Positions 1 through 7,555 of a DNA stretch of 64,000 bases are shown one piece after another. The translations under genes were made by a program, and so were the position numbers. The notes under the pieces are model-generated. The model saw only the letters and a list, made by a program, of their open reading frames with translations. It was not told where the DNA came from and searched no databases. Source of the stretch: a virus. Its lineage: Duplodnaviria > Caudoviricetes. Numbering within the stretch: position 1 is the stretch's first letter; each line of letters starts with the position of its first letter. The stretch covers positions 8,704 through 72,703 of the IMG/VR virus record IMGVR_UViG_3300032295_003392; one strand, given 5' to 3'.

Positions 1-267
1 GAATGTGTATTTGTGGATTTAAATATTATTGGTTCTTCCTTTGATGGTATCGAACTAATAAGGAAAATCAATTTTGATTATGGAAATAACGTTGTCATTG
101 GTATTATCTCTTCTTCAAATGAACCAGAAGAACAGTCAAGAGCAATGAAAGCTGGAGCTCAGTTCTGGATTATCAAATCCGATGAAATCGAACCAAGACT
201 TGAGGATTTTAGAAAAGACTACGAAGGATATAAGTCAAGAAAAGCCCCATTCAAAATTTATAAATAA
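1..267 (+). CDS. CheY-like response regulator receiver domain, 5' truncated by window edge
   Basis: Frame is open from base 1 (ECVFVDLNIIGSSFDGIELIRKI...IISSS...AMKAGAQFWIIK). It shows the phosphoacceptor D in VDLN, DG..L, the S/T switch residue and the conserved K. Confidence 0.8.
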   Translation, partial: ECVFVDLNIIGSSFDGIELIRKINFDYGNNVVIGIISSSNEPEEQSRAMKAGAQFWIIKSDEIEPRLEDFRKDYEGYKSRKAPFKIYK

Positions 268-270
268 TTT

Positions 271-921
271 ATGATAGTTTTTGATTCCAAATCCAAAAAG
301 CAACTAATTCAACTCCTAGACGAGAAAAAGATTTCAATCGAAGGAAATATCCTAAAACTCATCGACACAACAAACGATGAGTCATTCGAGAACTATGTTA
401 AAACATCAATAGAAAAGGATAAGGAATCAAGAAGGAAAAGACTTGAGGTAACAAAACAAGTACAAGTTCAGAATAAAGAGTTACTCGAGAAAAAAACGGA
501 AATGGAGGATATTCAAAAGAATCTAGAAGAGTCTCTTGAAAAGTTACAAAAATCTATGGAAGAGGTGGAAGCTTCTAAAGAAGAATCCGAAAAGTCAAGA
601 CTTGAAGCAGAGTTAGCAAAAGAAGAAGCTGAACTAGCAAGACAAGAAGCTGAAAATGCTAAACTGAAAGTTGAAAGTGATTTGGACATTCTCCAAAGGA
701 GAACTCAAAACGAACTTATCGGAACTATTGTAAAAGTAGCTTTGATGGTTATAGTTGGAGTTGGTATTGTAACAACTGGTGTTTACCTCCTAGCGATATT
801 CACAGATAAGAACACCGAGGTTATTGCTTCCACTTGGGCAAACATCGTTGGTATCTTATTGACTAATGCTTTTAGTATTGTGGGAACTATTATGGGTGTT
901 AAATACGCATCAGAGAAATAA
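271..921 (+). CDS. Coiled-coil protein with two C-terminal transmembrane helices
   Basis: Long E/K-rich coil with 7-aa repeats (LEAELAK/EEAELAR/QEAENAK), then two hydrophobic segments. Confidence 0.75.
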   Translation: MIVFDSKSKKQLIQLLDEKKISIEGNILKLIDTTNDESFENYVKTSIEKDKESRRKRLEVTKQVQVQNKELLEKKTEMEDIQKNLEESLEKLQKSMEEVEASKEESEKSRLEAELAKEEAELARQEAENAKLKVESDLDILQRRTQNELIGTIVKVALMVIVGVGIVTTGVYLLAIFTDKNTEVIASTWANIVGILLTNAFSIVGTIMGVKYASEK

Positions 922-1347
922 TCAGATAAGTTTTTCTAACTTATGATTTCTATGTTGTGATTTAGATTTCTCTGAAATTTGTTCACAGATGGATTCACAT
1001 TCCTCAGTTACATACTCCATGTTTTTGTAAGTTCTATTGCTTGCATAAATCGATTGGTCAGTATAAAATGGTTGAAGGTCCTCATAATGAGCACAGTCAA
1101 ATCCAATGACCCATTTGTCACCTTGTTCAGAAGCATAAGTTAATCCACCGTGACATCTTACAGGTATATTATCATAATCCTTTCCGAAGAAATCATTATC
1201 GGTAGTTAAACTAACATAACCACAAAGATGACCAGCTCTTGTGTTTCTTATTATATTACATTCAAATTGTAAACCATTTTCACAGGTATAGACCCATTCT
1301 TTTTTATTACCTTCTTTTTTAATTAGAGTTTCTAGCCAATTTTCCAT
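922..1347 (-). CDS. Conserved phage hypothetical protein
   Basis: GHLCGYV...HGGLTY...WVIGFDCAH motif set, recurrent in phage hypotheticals. Confidence 0.7.
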   Translation of the reverse strand: MENWLETLIKKEGNKKEWVYTCENGLQFECNIIRNTRAGHLCGYVSLTTDNDFFGKDYDNIPVRCHGGLTYASEQGDKWVIGFDCAHYEDLQPFYTDQSIYASNRTYKNMEYVTEECESICEQISEKSKSQHRNHKLEKLI

Positions 1348-1359
1348 TTTAGTATTATT

Positions 1360-1566
1360 TTAATAATATTCAACAAATCTTTCTTTTCCATCCTCGGTTA
1401 ACTTATTCCATTCTTCAAGAGGTCTCGAATAGTAAGAACCAAAATGTATGGATTGATAGGTGACCAATGTCTCACCAGTTTCAGTGTGTTTTGAAAGAAA
1501 TAGGACAAGGTAAAGTCCACCTTTGTAATGTTTATAAACATGGTCGGGTGTGGGATATTTCATCAT
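1360..1566 (-). CDS. DUF1653-like small protein
   Basis: YKHYKGGLYLV...HTETGETLVTYQS...YSRPLEEW pattern. Confidence 0.75.
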   Translation of the reverse strand: MMKYPTPDHVYKHYKGGLYLVLFLSKHTETGETLVTYQSIHFGSYYSRPLEEWNKLTEDGKERFVEYY

Positions 1567-1781
1567 AGGGGTAGATTTTCTTTTTGTCTTTTAAACCTTT
1601 TTTTGGAATAAGTTTCAATTTCACCCCACTCATTTCTAATGAAATAAACCTTTTCAGTTTCGTTTATGATTTCATACCATTTGTTTGGTATAATCTCAAA
1701 TTCCACACCATAATCATCTACGCAAAATACTTGGTCTTTGCGAGTAATCAAACTTTTTTTATCCACAAGATACTTTTCCAT
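1563..1781 (-). CDS. Hypothetical protein
   Basis: 72-aa ORF with 4-nt overlap with the next gene, co-oriented in the minus-strand cluster. Confidence 0.55.
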   Translation of the reverse strand: MEKYLVDKKSLITRKDQVFCVDDYGVEFEIIPNKWYEIINETEKVYFIRNEWGEIETYSKKRFKRQKENLPL

Positions 1782-1790
1782 AATATTATG

Positions 1791-1861
1791 AGGTCCGTCC
1801 TGGAGTTGAACCAGGCTTGAAGGATTTGCAGTCCATCACATAACCGCTCTGACAACGGACC
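1791..1861 (-). tRNA. tRNA-Cys (GCA), no encoded CCA
   Basis: Acceptor stem GGTCCGT/ACGGACC, U73 discriminator, anticodon loop CT-GCA-AA, T-arm CCTGG-TTCAACT-CCAGG. Confidence 0.95.
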
Positions 1862-2026
1862 TTACTTTAAGATTTCTTCTATTCTTTCATCCCTTTGTTG
1901 TTTTAAGAAATCTTCAGATTGAAGATCGAAAATATAGTTTTCATATAAAGTATCTAGGTACTCATAAGATTTATAAGCCTCATAAGATTGTTCTTTCAGG
2001 TATTCCAAATATTCTCTCTCATTCAT
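1862..2026 (-). CDS. Small acidic hypothetical protein (start moved to MNERE)
   Basis: ATG at 2026 lies 4 nt after a TACCTTTG promoter box. Protein ends QQRDERIEEILK. Confidence 0.6.
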   Translation of the reverse strand: MNEREYLEYLKEQSYEAYKSYEYLDTLYENYIFDLQSEDFLKQQRDERIEEILK

Positions 2027-2030
2027 AATA

Positions 2031-2061
2031 CAAAGGTAATGCAAATAATTATTCTACCAAA
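2031..2061 (-). promoter_or_regulatory. Bacteroidota primary-sigma promoter (TTTG-N19-TACCTTTG)
   Basis: Matches the -33/-7 consensus; ATG 4 nt downstream. Confidence 0.75.
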
Positions 2062-2069
2062 ATATATTT

Positions 2070-2099
2070 AAAAAAAAGGAACTCATTTAGAGTTCCTTT
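2070..2099 (-). terminator. Rho-independent terminator after tRNA-Arg
   Basis: AAAGGAACTC/GAGTTCCTTT stem with a 5-nt loop, followed by a T run on the minus strand. Confidence 0.75.
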
Positions 2100-2100
2100 G

Positions 2101-2171
2101 TAGCCCCAGGTTGACTCGAACAACCATTAAAACTTTAGAAGAGTCTTGTCCTTCCCTTGAACGATGGGGCC
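2101..2171 (-). tRNA. tRNA-Arg (TCT), no encoded CCA
   Basis: GGCCCCA/TGGGGCT acceptor, D-stem GTTC/GGAC, anticodon loop CT-TCT-AA, T-arm GGTTG-TTCGAGT-CAACC. Confidence 0.93.
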
Positions 2172-2182
2172 ATTATAAACGT

Positions 2183-2208
2183 TTATATCAAAGACTCTCA
2201 AAAAAGTT
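2183..2208 (-). promoter_or_regulatory. Candidate AAC-N18-TATAA promoter upstream of tRNA-Arg
   Basis: AACTTTTTTGAGAGTCTTTGATATAA ends 11 nt before the tRNA 5' end; same spacing recurs before other genes. Confidence 0.45.
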
Positions 2209-2565
2209 CTTCAATTTTATTCTTTCATCCCTATAATCGTCCCAAGAACTTAACTTACCCAAGTCGACTATATGTTTTTCTTTCTTATGACAAACATAAT
2301 ACTTTTCATTTTCAAATCCAAGTTCGAAATCAGCATTTTCCCAATATTCATCAATCAACTTATTAATCATTTTCTGAATAGATTCTTCGGTTGTAACCTT
2401 AATATTAAAGGGATTAATATAAAAGGGGAAGTCGGTAAGCTCATCTTCATCAAACATTTTTTCTCCCTCTTTATCACGGGATTTTTTCATTTTGGTTTGA
2501 AGAACTTTAATCCTCTCAAGGAGTTCAATTTTTTCGTCAATACAGTCTACTTGAATTTGTATCAT
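2188..2565 (-). CDS. Hypothetical protein
   Basis: 125-aa ORF with 4-nt overlap with the upstream gene. Confidence 0.6.
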   Translation of the reverse strand: MIQIQVDCIDEKIELLERIKVLQTKMKKSRDKEGEKMFDEDELTDFPFYINPFNIKVTTEESIQKMINKLIDEYWENADFELGFENEKYYVCHKKEKHIVDLGKLSSWDDYRDERIKLKNFFESL

Positions 2566-2834
2566 GATAATAAGTTGTCTAATTTATCTTCTCTATTCAT
2601 TTGTATAAAAAATGGGTCAGTTTTCATATAACTTTCTATCTGACCCCTCAAATCTCTTGAAAGTGGTTTATATTTGTGTCTAAATATTTGTAGTTGCTCG
2701 TTGGGATATTTGAAATGATAGGTCTTTAGGAATTCTTCATGAGAATCTTCCCACATACCAAGATATTCAACTCTGTTATTATGCCAGAATTTCTTTGAAC
2801 CTTTGAATACATGTTTACCATAAAGACCAATCAT
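2562..2834 (-). CDS. Hypothetical protein
   Basis: 90-aa ORF ending MNREDKLDNLLS. Confidence 0.6.
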   Translation of the reverse strand: MIGLYGKHVFKGSKKFWHNNRVEYLGMWEDSHEEFLKTYHFKYPNEQLQIFRHKYKPLSRDLRGQIESYMKTDPFFIQMNREDKLDNLLS

Positions 2835-2847
2835 TAAACAAATATAA

Positions 2848-3318
2848 TCATTTAACTCGGATATTCAAAATTTCAAACTCCATTTTTCCAATAGGCACCT
2901 CAGCGATTACTTTCTCACCAACTCTTTTTCCCATAAGTGCACTACCGATAGGACTCAAATGTGAAATTTTACCAGATTTAATATCGATTTCATTCTCTGG
3001 TACAATCCTGTATTCAATCTCTACACCACTCTTAGTATTTTTAAACTTTACCCAAGTGAGTAGTTGAACTGTACCATCATCAATAATTCCTTCGAGGATT
3101 TCAGCATCAGCCAATCTCTGTGAAAGATTATTAATCTTCCTATTTAAATCATCAAGTGCGGTTTTTGCCACATCATATTCTGCATTTTCAGATAAATCTC
3201 CCTTATCTTTTGCTTCTGCTAAGTTTTGGATATGTTCCCTCAGTTGGGGACCTCTCATATCTCTTAGTTCTTGTTCTAGTTTTTGAAACCCCTCTCGGGT
3301 CATAGGTATTCTTGCCAT
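2848..3318 (-). CDS. greA: Transcription elongation factor GreA
   Basis: MTREGFQKLEQEL...GDLSENAEYD acidic tip and C-terminal ISHLSPIGSALMGKRVG. Start placed at MARIPMT. Confidence 0.93.
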   Translation of the reverse strand: MARIPMTREGFQKLEQELRDMRGPQLREHIQNLAEAKDKGDLSENAEYDVAKTALDDLNRKINNLSQRLADAEILEGIIDDGTVQLLTWVKFKNTKSGVEIEYRIVPENEIDIKSGKISHLSPIGSALMGKRVGEKVIAEVPIGKMEFEILNIRVK

Positions 3319-3342
3319 AATATTTTTTATTTTCAATTTCAG

Positions 3343-3367
3343 TTATATTTATCTAAATCTAAAAGTT
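3343..3367 (-). promoter_or_regulatory. Candidate AAC-N17-TATAA promoter upstream of greA
   Basis: AACTTTTAGATTTAGATAAATATAA. Confidence 0.4.
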
Positions 3368-3378
3368 GGTTTATTTTT

Positions 3379-3981
3379 TCATCGGTTTGTATCTTTTTCA
3401 TGATGGTCTATAAAGTTAATACTAATACCATCCATAATTTTGAAAATCTCATTTATGTGATAAGGTCTGAACTCAGGGTGAGTATCAACACCAACATCCA
3501 TAGACCTACCAATACCTTTCAAAGAATTGTGTGAGTGCCCGAAAAGATGTATGCAACCTTTGTGAGAAGCTGGCCAAACTTGATGTGAGTAATGTGATAG
3601 GTGGAACTCCCTTGAACCGATTTTACCAGTAAAGACGTTTTGTACAGAACTAAAAAGTTCGATTGGGTTAAAAGAAGAATCCAAGAACTTTATTTCCTTA
3701 TCTTTTATATGTTGGTCGTGATTGCCAAGAATAAGGTGAATATTTTTACAGATAAGTGATTTCCTAAAGTAGTAAATGTTGTGAACTCCACCAAAACTCC
3801 AATCACCAAGGTGATAAAGAATATCATCTTCACCAACTACCTTGTTGATATTGTGGACAAGAGCGTCATTCATTTCTTGAACGGAGTTAAAGTTCCTATA
3901 TCCATTTTTCCAAACAGATACACTTGGACCAGCAATGTTGGTGTGACCGAAATGTGTGTCTGAGGTGAACCATATATTCAT
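3379..3981 (-). CDS. Calcineurin-like metallophosphoesterase
   Basis: SDTHFGH, GDWSF, GNHD and GHSH metal-binding motifs. Confidence 0.9.
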   Translation of the reverse strand: MNIWFTSDTHFGHTNIAGPSVSVWKNGYRNFNSVQEMNDALVHNINKVVGEDDILYHLGDWSFGGVHNIYYFRKSLICKNIHLILGNHDQHIKDKEIKFLDSSFNPIELFSSVQNVFTGKIGSREFHLSHYSHQVWPASHKGCIHLFGHSHNSLKGIGRSMDVGVDTHPEFRPYHINEIFKIMDGISINFIDHHEKDTNR

Positions 3982-3985
3982 AATA

Positions 3986-4017
3986 CAAATGTATAGTATT
4001 TTTTAATACTTGTCAAA
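3986..4017 (-). promoter_or_regulatory. Bacteroidota primary-sigma promoter (TTTG-N20-TACATTTG)
   Basis: Consensus match; ATG 4 nt downstream. Confidence 0.75.
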
Positions 4018-4019
4018 TT

Positions 4020-4028
4020 TAATATATA
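4020..4028 (+). promoter_or_regulatory. TAATATATA motif (candidate late promoter)
   Basis: Exact 9-mer 6 nt before the ATG; seven exact copies sit upstream of genes in this window. Confidence 0.6.
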
Positions 4029-4034
4029 ATACTT

Positions 4035-4394
4035 ATGAAATATATTAAACATTTCGAATCTTTCCACCAAAGTGGTGTTGATGATGGGTCTGGTGAGGTT
4101 ATGCCAGATTATAACCCAATACTAAATCAAAAGGTTAAAGATTTTGTTGAAGACCTTTTTACCAAAGGTAGATATGAAGATTGCGCAAATATGATAGGTG
4201 AGAAACTTCCAAAAGGTTTAGAATCAGATGAAATGGATGATTATGGTGACAAGTTAAAATCAAGAGCGATTAAATATTTCATAGAGAATCCCGAATTAGT
4301 CAGTAAAGAAATCGATTATCAAATGTTTAAAGTTCCAGGTGGGGATGGAATATCTAGAACAAATAACATAGGAGGAGTCATGCCAAGAAGATAA
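4035..4394 (+). CDS. Hypothetical protein, possible internal head protein
   Basis: Starts MKYIKHFESF; preceded by TAATATATA. Confidence 0.65.
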   Translation: MKYIKHFESFHQSGVDDGSGEVMPDYNPILNQKVKDFVEDLFTKGRYEDCANMIGEKLPKGLESDEMDDYGDKLKSRAIKYFIENPELVSKEIDYQMFKVPGGDGISRTNNIGGVMPRR

Positions 4395-4418
4395 CTTTTT
4401 TCACTTTATTTCATATAA
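4393..4418 (+). promoter_or_regulatory. Candidate AAC-N18-TATAA promoter upstream of uvsX
   Basis: AACTTTTTTCACTTTATTTCATATAA. Confidence 0.45.
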
Positions 4419-4441
4419 TTATTAAATTATATTTTAATAAA

Positions 4442-5668
4442 ATGGCAAAAGAAAAGAAAGAAAGTGGCTCAAAAAAGTTCGAATTCAGTAAGGTTGGTTC
4501 ACTAATGAACAACATTGCAAAAACTGTACCGATTATTATTGATAACCAAATCAAAGAAAAAAAGTTTATCTCAACTGGTGTTTACCTATTGGATGCAGCA
4601 CTATCATCAAGACTTTTAAACGGTGGTGTTCAAACAAACAGAATCACTTGTTTTGCTGGTGAATCTGGTACTGGTAAATCCTTTCTCGCCTACTCCGTGG
4701 CTAAGAACGCGCAGAAAGCTGGCTATGGAATCGTATATGTAGATACTGAGTACTCAGTTGAACTTGATGAAATTAATAAGTTTGGTATCGATCCAGACCC
4801 CGAAAAGTTCATTCTTATCAGGTCAAATAAAGTTGAGGATATCAATATTACACTATCCCAACTCCTTGATAATCTTAAAGAAGAAAAGATTAAGGGTAGT
4901 GAAATTCAACCACTTATGATTGTTCTAGATTCAATCGGACAGATGGCATCTAACAAAGAAAAGGCTGACTTGTTGAAAGGTGATATCAAACAAGATATGA
5001 CCAAAGCAAAAGCTATTGGTTCTTTATTTAGGTCTATCAACTCTGACTTAGGGTTCTTAGAAATCCCAATGATTGTATGTAACCACACCTATCTTACTCA
5101 GGATTTATTTCCACAAGAGGTATTGAAAGGTGGAAGGTCACTTGTTTACTCAGCATCAGTTATCGGTATGATGTCAAAATCAAAACTCAAAACTGGTGAG
5201 GAAGATGATATGGATTTGGGACAATCTGGTATTTCCGTATTATTCAAGACTGCTAAGAATCGTTTGGCCAAACCAAAAAAAATCCGTTTTGACATTTCAT
5301 TCAACCATGGTATGAACCCATATACTGGACTCGATGCTTTTTGTAGACCAGAATATTTCGACCAAATAGGTATCGCTCAAGGTAAGGCTGAGGTTGATAA
5401 AAAGACTGGTGAGATGACATTTACACCAGGTGGTATCAGATGGTATATTTCACATTTGGATAAGTCAGTTACAACTAAGAACTTATTCACAAGTGAGGTT
5501 TTCACACCTGAGGTTTTGAAGAAAATGGAACCCATTGTGAATGATTATTTCAAATACAAATCATTAGATGAAATTGAAGATTTACAAAAGGACTTTGATA
5601 ACATGGCTGATGGTGACGATACCAACGGATTTTCTGACAATATTTCTGCTGAAGATTTGTTTGACTAA
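4442..5668 (+). CDS. uvsX: RecA/UvsX-like recombinase
   Basis: ISTGVYLLDAALS, Walker A GESGTGKS, YVDTE, Walker B IVLDSIGQM, and T4-like KNR and acidic tail. Confidence 0.9.
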   Translation: MAKEKKESGSKKFEFSKVGSLMNNIAKTVPIIIDNQIKEKKFISTGVYLLDAALSSRLLNGGVQTNRITCFAGESGTGKSFLAYSVAKNAQKAGYGIVYVDTEYSVELDEINKFGIDPDPEKFILIRSNKVEDINITLSQLLDNLKEEKIKGSEIQPLMIVLDSIGQMASNKEKADLLKGDIKQDMTKAKAIGSLFRSINSDLGFLEIPMIVCNHTYLTQDLFPQEVLKGGRSLVYSASVIGMMSKSKLKTGEEDDMDLGQSGISVLFKTAKNRLAKPKKIRFDISFNHGMNPYTGLDAFCRPEYFDQIGIAQGKAEVDKKTGEMTFTPGGIRWYISHLDKSVTTKNLFTSEVFTPEVLKKMEPIVNDYFKYKSLDEIEDLQKDFDNMADGDDTNGFSDNISAEDLFD

Positions 5669-5687
5669 AAAATCCTTTGTATATTTG
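5656..5687 (+). promoter_or_regulatory. Bacteroidota primary-sigma promoter (TTTG-N20-TATATTTG)
   Basis: Consensus match; ATG at 5692 is 4 nt downstream. Confidence 0.7.
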
Positions 5688-5691
5688 TCAG

Positions 5692-6078
5692 ATGAAAAAG
5701 TTATTTCTTGACGACATCCGAATCCCAAAAGATTGTGCAAATGGTATTGTACCATCACATCTCAATAAACTATATTGGGATAATGATTGGGACGTAGTGC
5801 GGTCTTATGATAAGTTCGTATCTTGGATTGTTAAGAATGGATTACCAGACTTTATATCATTTGACCATGATTTAGCTGATGTTCACTACACCATGGATTT
5901 TTCCGATAAGAACGATGGTGGAAAGGAAAAGACTGGTTATGAATGTGCTAAATGGCTCGTTGATTATTGTATGGACCAAAAGTTAGATATACCAAGTTTT
6001 ATAGTACACTCTCAAAATCCAGTCGGGAAAGCTAACATCCAATCTTATCTACTGAACGCAAAACGGTTTGTAAAATAA
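5692..6078 (+). CDS. Cyclic-phosphate-processing receiver (cREC)-type domain protein
   Basis: LFLDDIRIP...VVRSYDKF...ISFDHDL...TGYECAKWL...HSQNPVG. Start placed at MKKLF. Confidence 0.75.
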   Translation: MKKLFLDDIRIPKDCANGIVPSHLNKLYWDNDWDVVRSYDKFVSWIVKNGLPDFISFDHDLADVHYTMDFSDKNDGGKEKTGYECAKWLVDYCMDQKLDIPSFIVHSQNPVGKANIQSYLLNAKRFVK

Positions 6079-6088
6079 AAAAAATAAA

Positions 6089-6097
6089 TAATATATA
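6089..6097 (+). promoter_or_regulatory. TAATATATA motif (candidate late promoter)
   Basis: Exact 9-mer 5 nt before the ATG. Confidence 0.55.
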
Positions 6098-6102
6098 CTC
6101 TT

Positions 6103-6351
6103 ATGAGGATTATATTATTTATTTTTTTATTTTTGGTTTTTTCCTGCTCAACAGAGGATTGTTATAAGTGCAAACAAGAGGTCACTAAATATTCTTCACC
6201 AATAATTAAAGGTTATCCCAAAAAATACACCACAAGTTTTATTGCTTGTGGTGAAAATATTGATATTGTAAGAAATGGTTGGGTAGAGGTTGATACTATC
6301 AACGATACTGTCTTTACACTTTATATCAATAAAGATTGTGTAAGAAAATAA
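6103..6351 (+). CDS. Small predicted lipoprotein
   Basis: MR + hydrophobic stretch + lipobox-like VFSC; additional Cys residues. Confidence 0.7.
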   Translation: MRIILFIFLFLVFSCSTEDCYKCKQEVTKYSSPIIKGYPKKYTTSFIACGENIDIVRNGWVEVDTINDTVFTLYINKDCVRK

Positions 6352-6759
6352 TCAAATCTTTTTGATACATTCAGGTCCGAAACCTGATTGAACCGAATCA
6401 GGGGTAGTTAGTTGACGACCACATCTACCACATCTACCATCATGGAAAATCTCAACTCTCGTATCAAGTGTTCCCATAATCAAATGGTGATAAACATAAT
6501 CAAAAACTATAACAGATTTGGCATCCCTATCAATCTTTGATTTCTTTGAATGTCTGAAACTATAATTCATAATAGTTCCAATGTAGATATAAACATCTGG
6601 GCTTGTTAAAACATGGACAAAGTGAATATCATCTGTCTTATGTTTAACAATTTTATATGTGTAACGGTTTTCAGTTTGAGGATTTAAAAAAGTAACGAAG
6701 GCTTTACCCCCGAGAATAAAACTCAGTGCTTTCTCATTTGATATTTGTCCTACTTTCAT
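6352..6759 (-). CDS. DUF6011-like zinc-binding protein
   Basis: C-terminal CGRCGRQLTTPDSVQSGFGPEC. Confidence 0.75.
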   Translation of the reverse strand: MKVGQISNEKALSFILGGKAFVTFLNPQTENRYTYKIVKHKTDDIHFVHVLTSPDVYIYIGTIMNYSFRHSKKSKIDRDAKSVIVFDYVYHHLIMGTLDTRVEIFHDGRCGRCGRQLTTPDSVQSGFGPECIKKI

Positions 6760-6763
6760 AATA

Positions 6764-6795
6764 CAAAGATATGAAAGTTTAGTGGATTTTACAAA
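6764..6795 (-). promoter_or_regulatory. Bacteroidota primary-sigma promoter (TTTG-N20-TATCTTTG)
   Basis: Consensus match; ATG 4 nt downstream. Confidence 0.75.
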
Positions 6796-7478
6796 TTATT
6801 TTTCAAGATTTGGTATAAAAGCCAGCTGTCCACCAAGTCTTCAAATGGTTTAGGTACTTTACTAGCCCCCATTATATCATCTTTTAGTGTCCTACAAAGA
6901 GTTGACCATTCATCTTTTATTTCATTATTATCTACTATACACATAAACATCCCGTGTTTTGTCAAACTACCACCACTAATACCATAGGCATTTTTATAAA
7001 CCCATTTTTCTTTCTTTTTACCCTCATTTATTGGTGGGTATGTCAACTTACAAGATTCTAACTTTAGGGTTGATGGTGAAAATACTGTAATATCGGTAGA
7101 AATATAATCAAATAGTTTTTTTCTCAATAAAGTTGAAAAGGTAACCAAGTCAATAATAGCACCAGCATCTGATGAATATGAATAACCTTCAATACCAATT
7201 TTTGTTGGTTGGGTTTTGTCGATGTTATCTTCAATGTCTTTTATTATCTGGTCTGTTATTTTATCATAGTCTTTAAGTTTGGTTATTTCCCCCTCAGAAT
7301 AATTTTCAAATTCTCTATAATTGATAAATTTTAAATTAATTTTATCTTCGCAATACTTAAACCATTTACTAAAACCCGACTTATTCATTGCATCCTTTTC
7401 TCTACAATAGTTAAATAACTTTCCATTAACTACCATTGCTGTCGATATCAAAGATGGGTCCAAACCTACAAAATTCAT
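6789..7478 (-). CDS. RuvC-like (RNase H fold) Holliday junction resolvase
   Basis: N-terminal FVGLDPSLISTAMV, IGIEGYSY and C-terminal DLVDS acidic residues. Confidence 0.7.
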   Translation of the reverse strand: MNFVGLDPSLISTAMVVNGKLFNYCREKDAMNKSGFSKWFKYCEDKINLKFINYREFENYSEGEITKLKDYDKITDQIIKDIEDNIDKTQPTKIGIEGYSYSSDAGAIIDLVTFSTLLRKKLFDYISTDITVFSPSTLKLESCKLTYPPINEGKKKEKWVYKNAYGISGGSLTKHGMFMCIVDNNEIKDEWSTLCRTLKDDIMGASKVPKPFEDLVDSWLLYQILKNNL

Positions 7479-7555
7479 TAAAATTTTTAATTTTTCTTAT
7501 ATATCAAATAGCACCAATCCCTAAAAACATTTTCTAAAATAAAACTATATTTATT

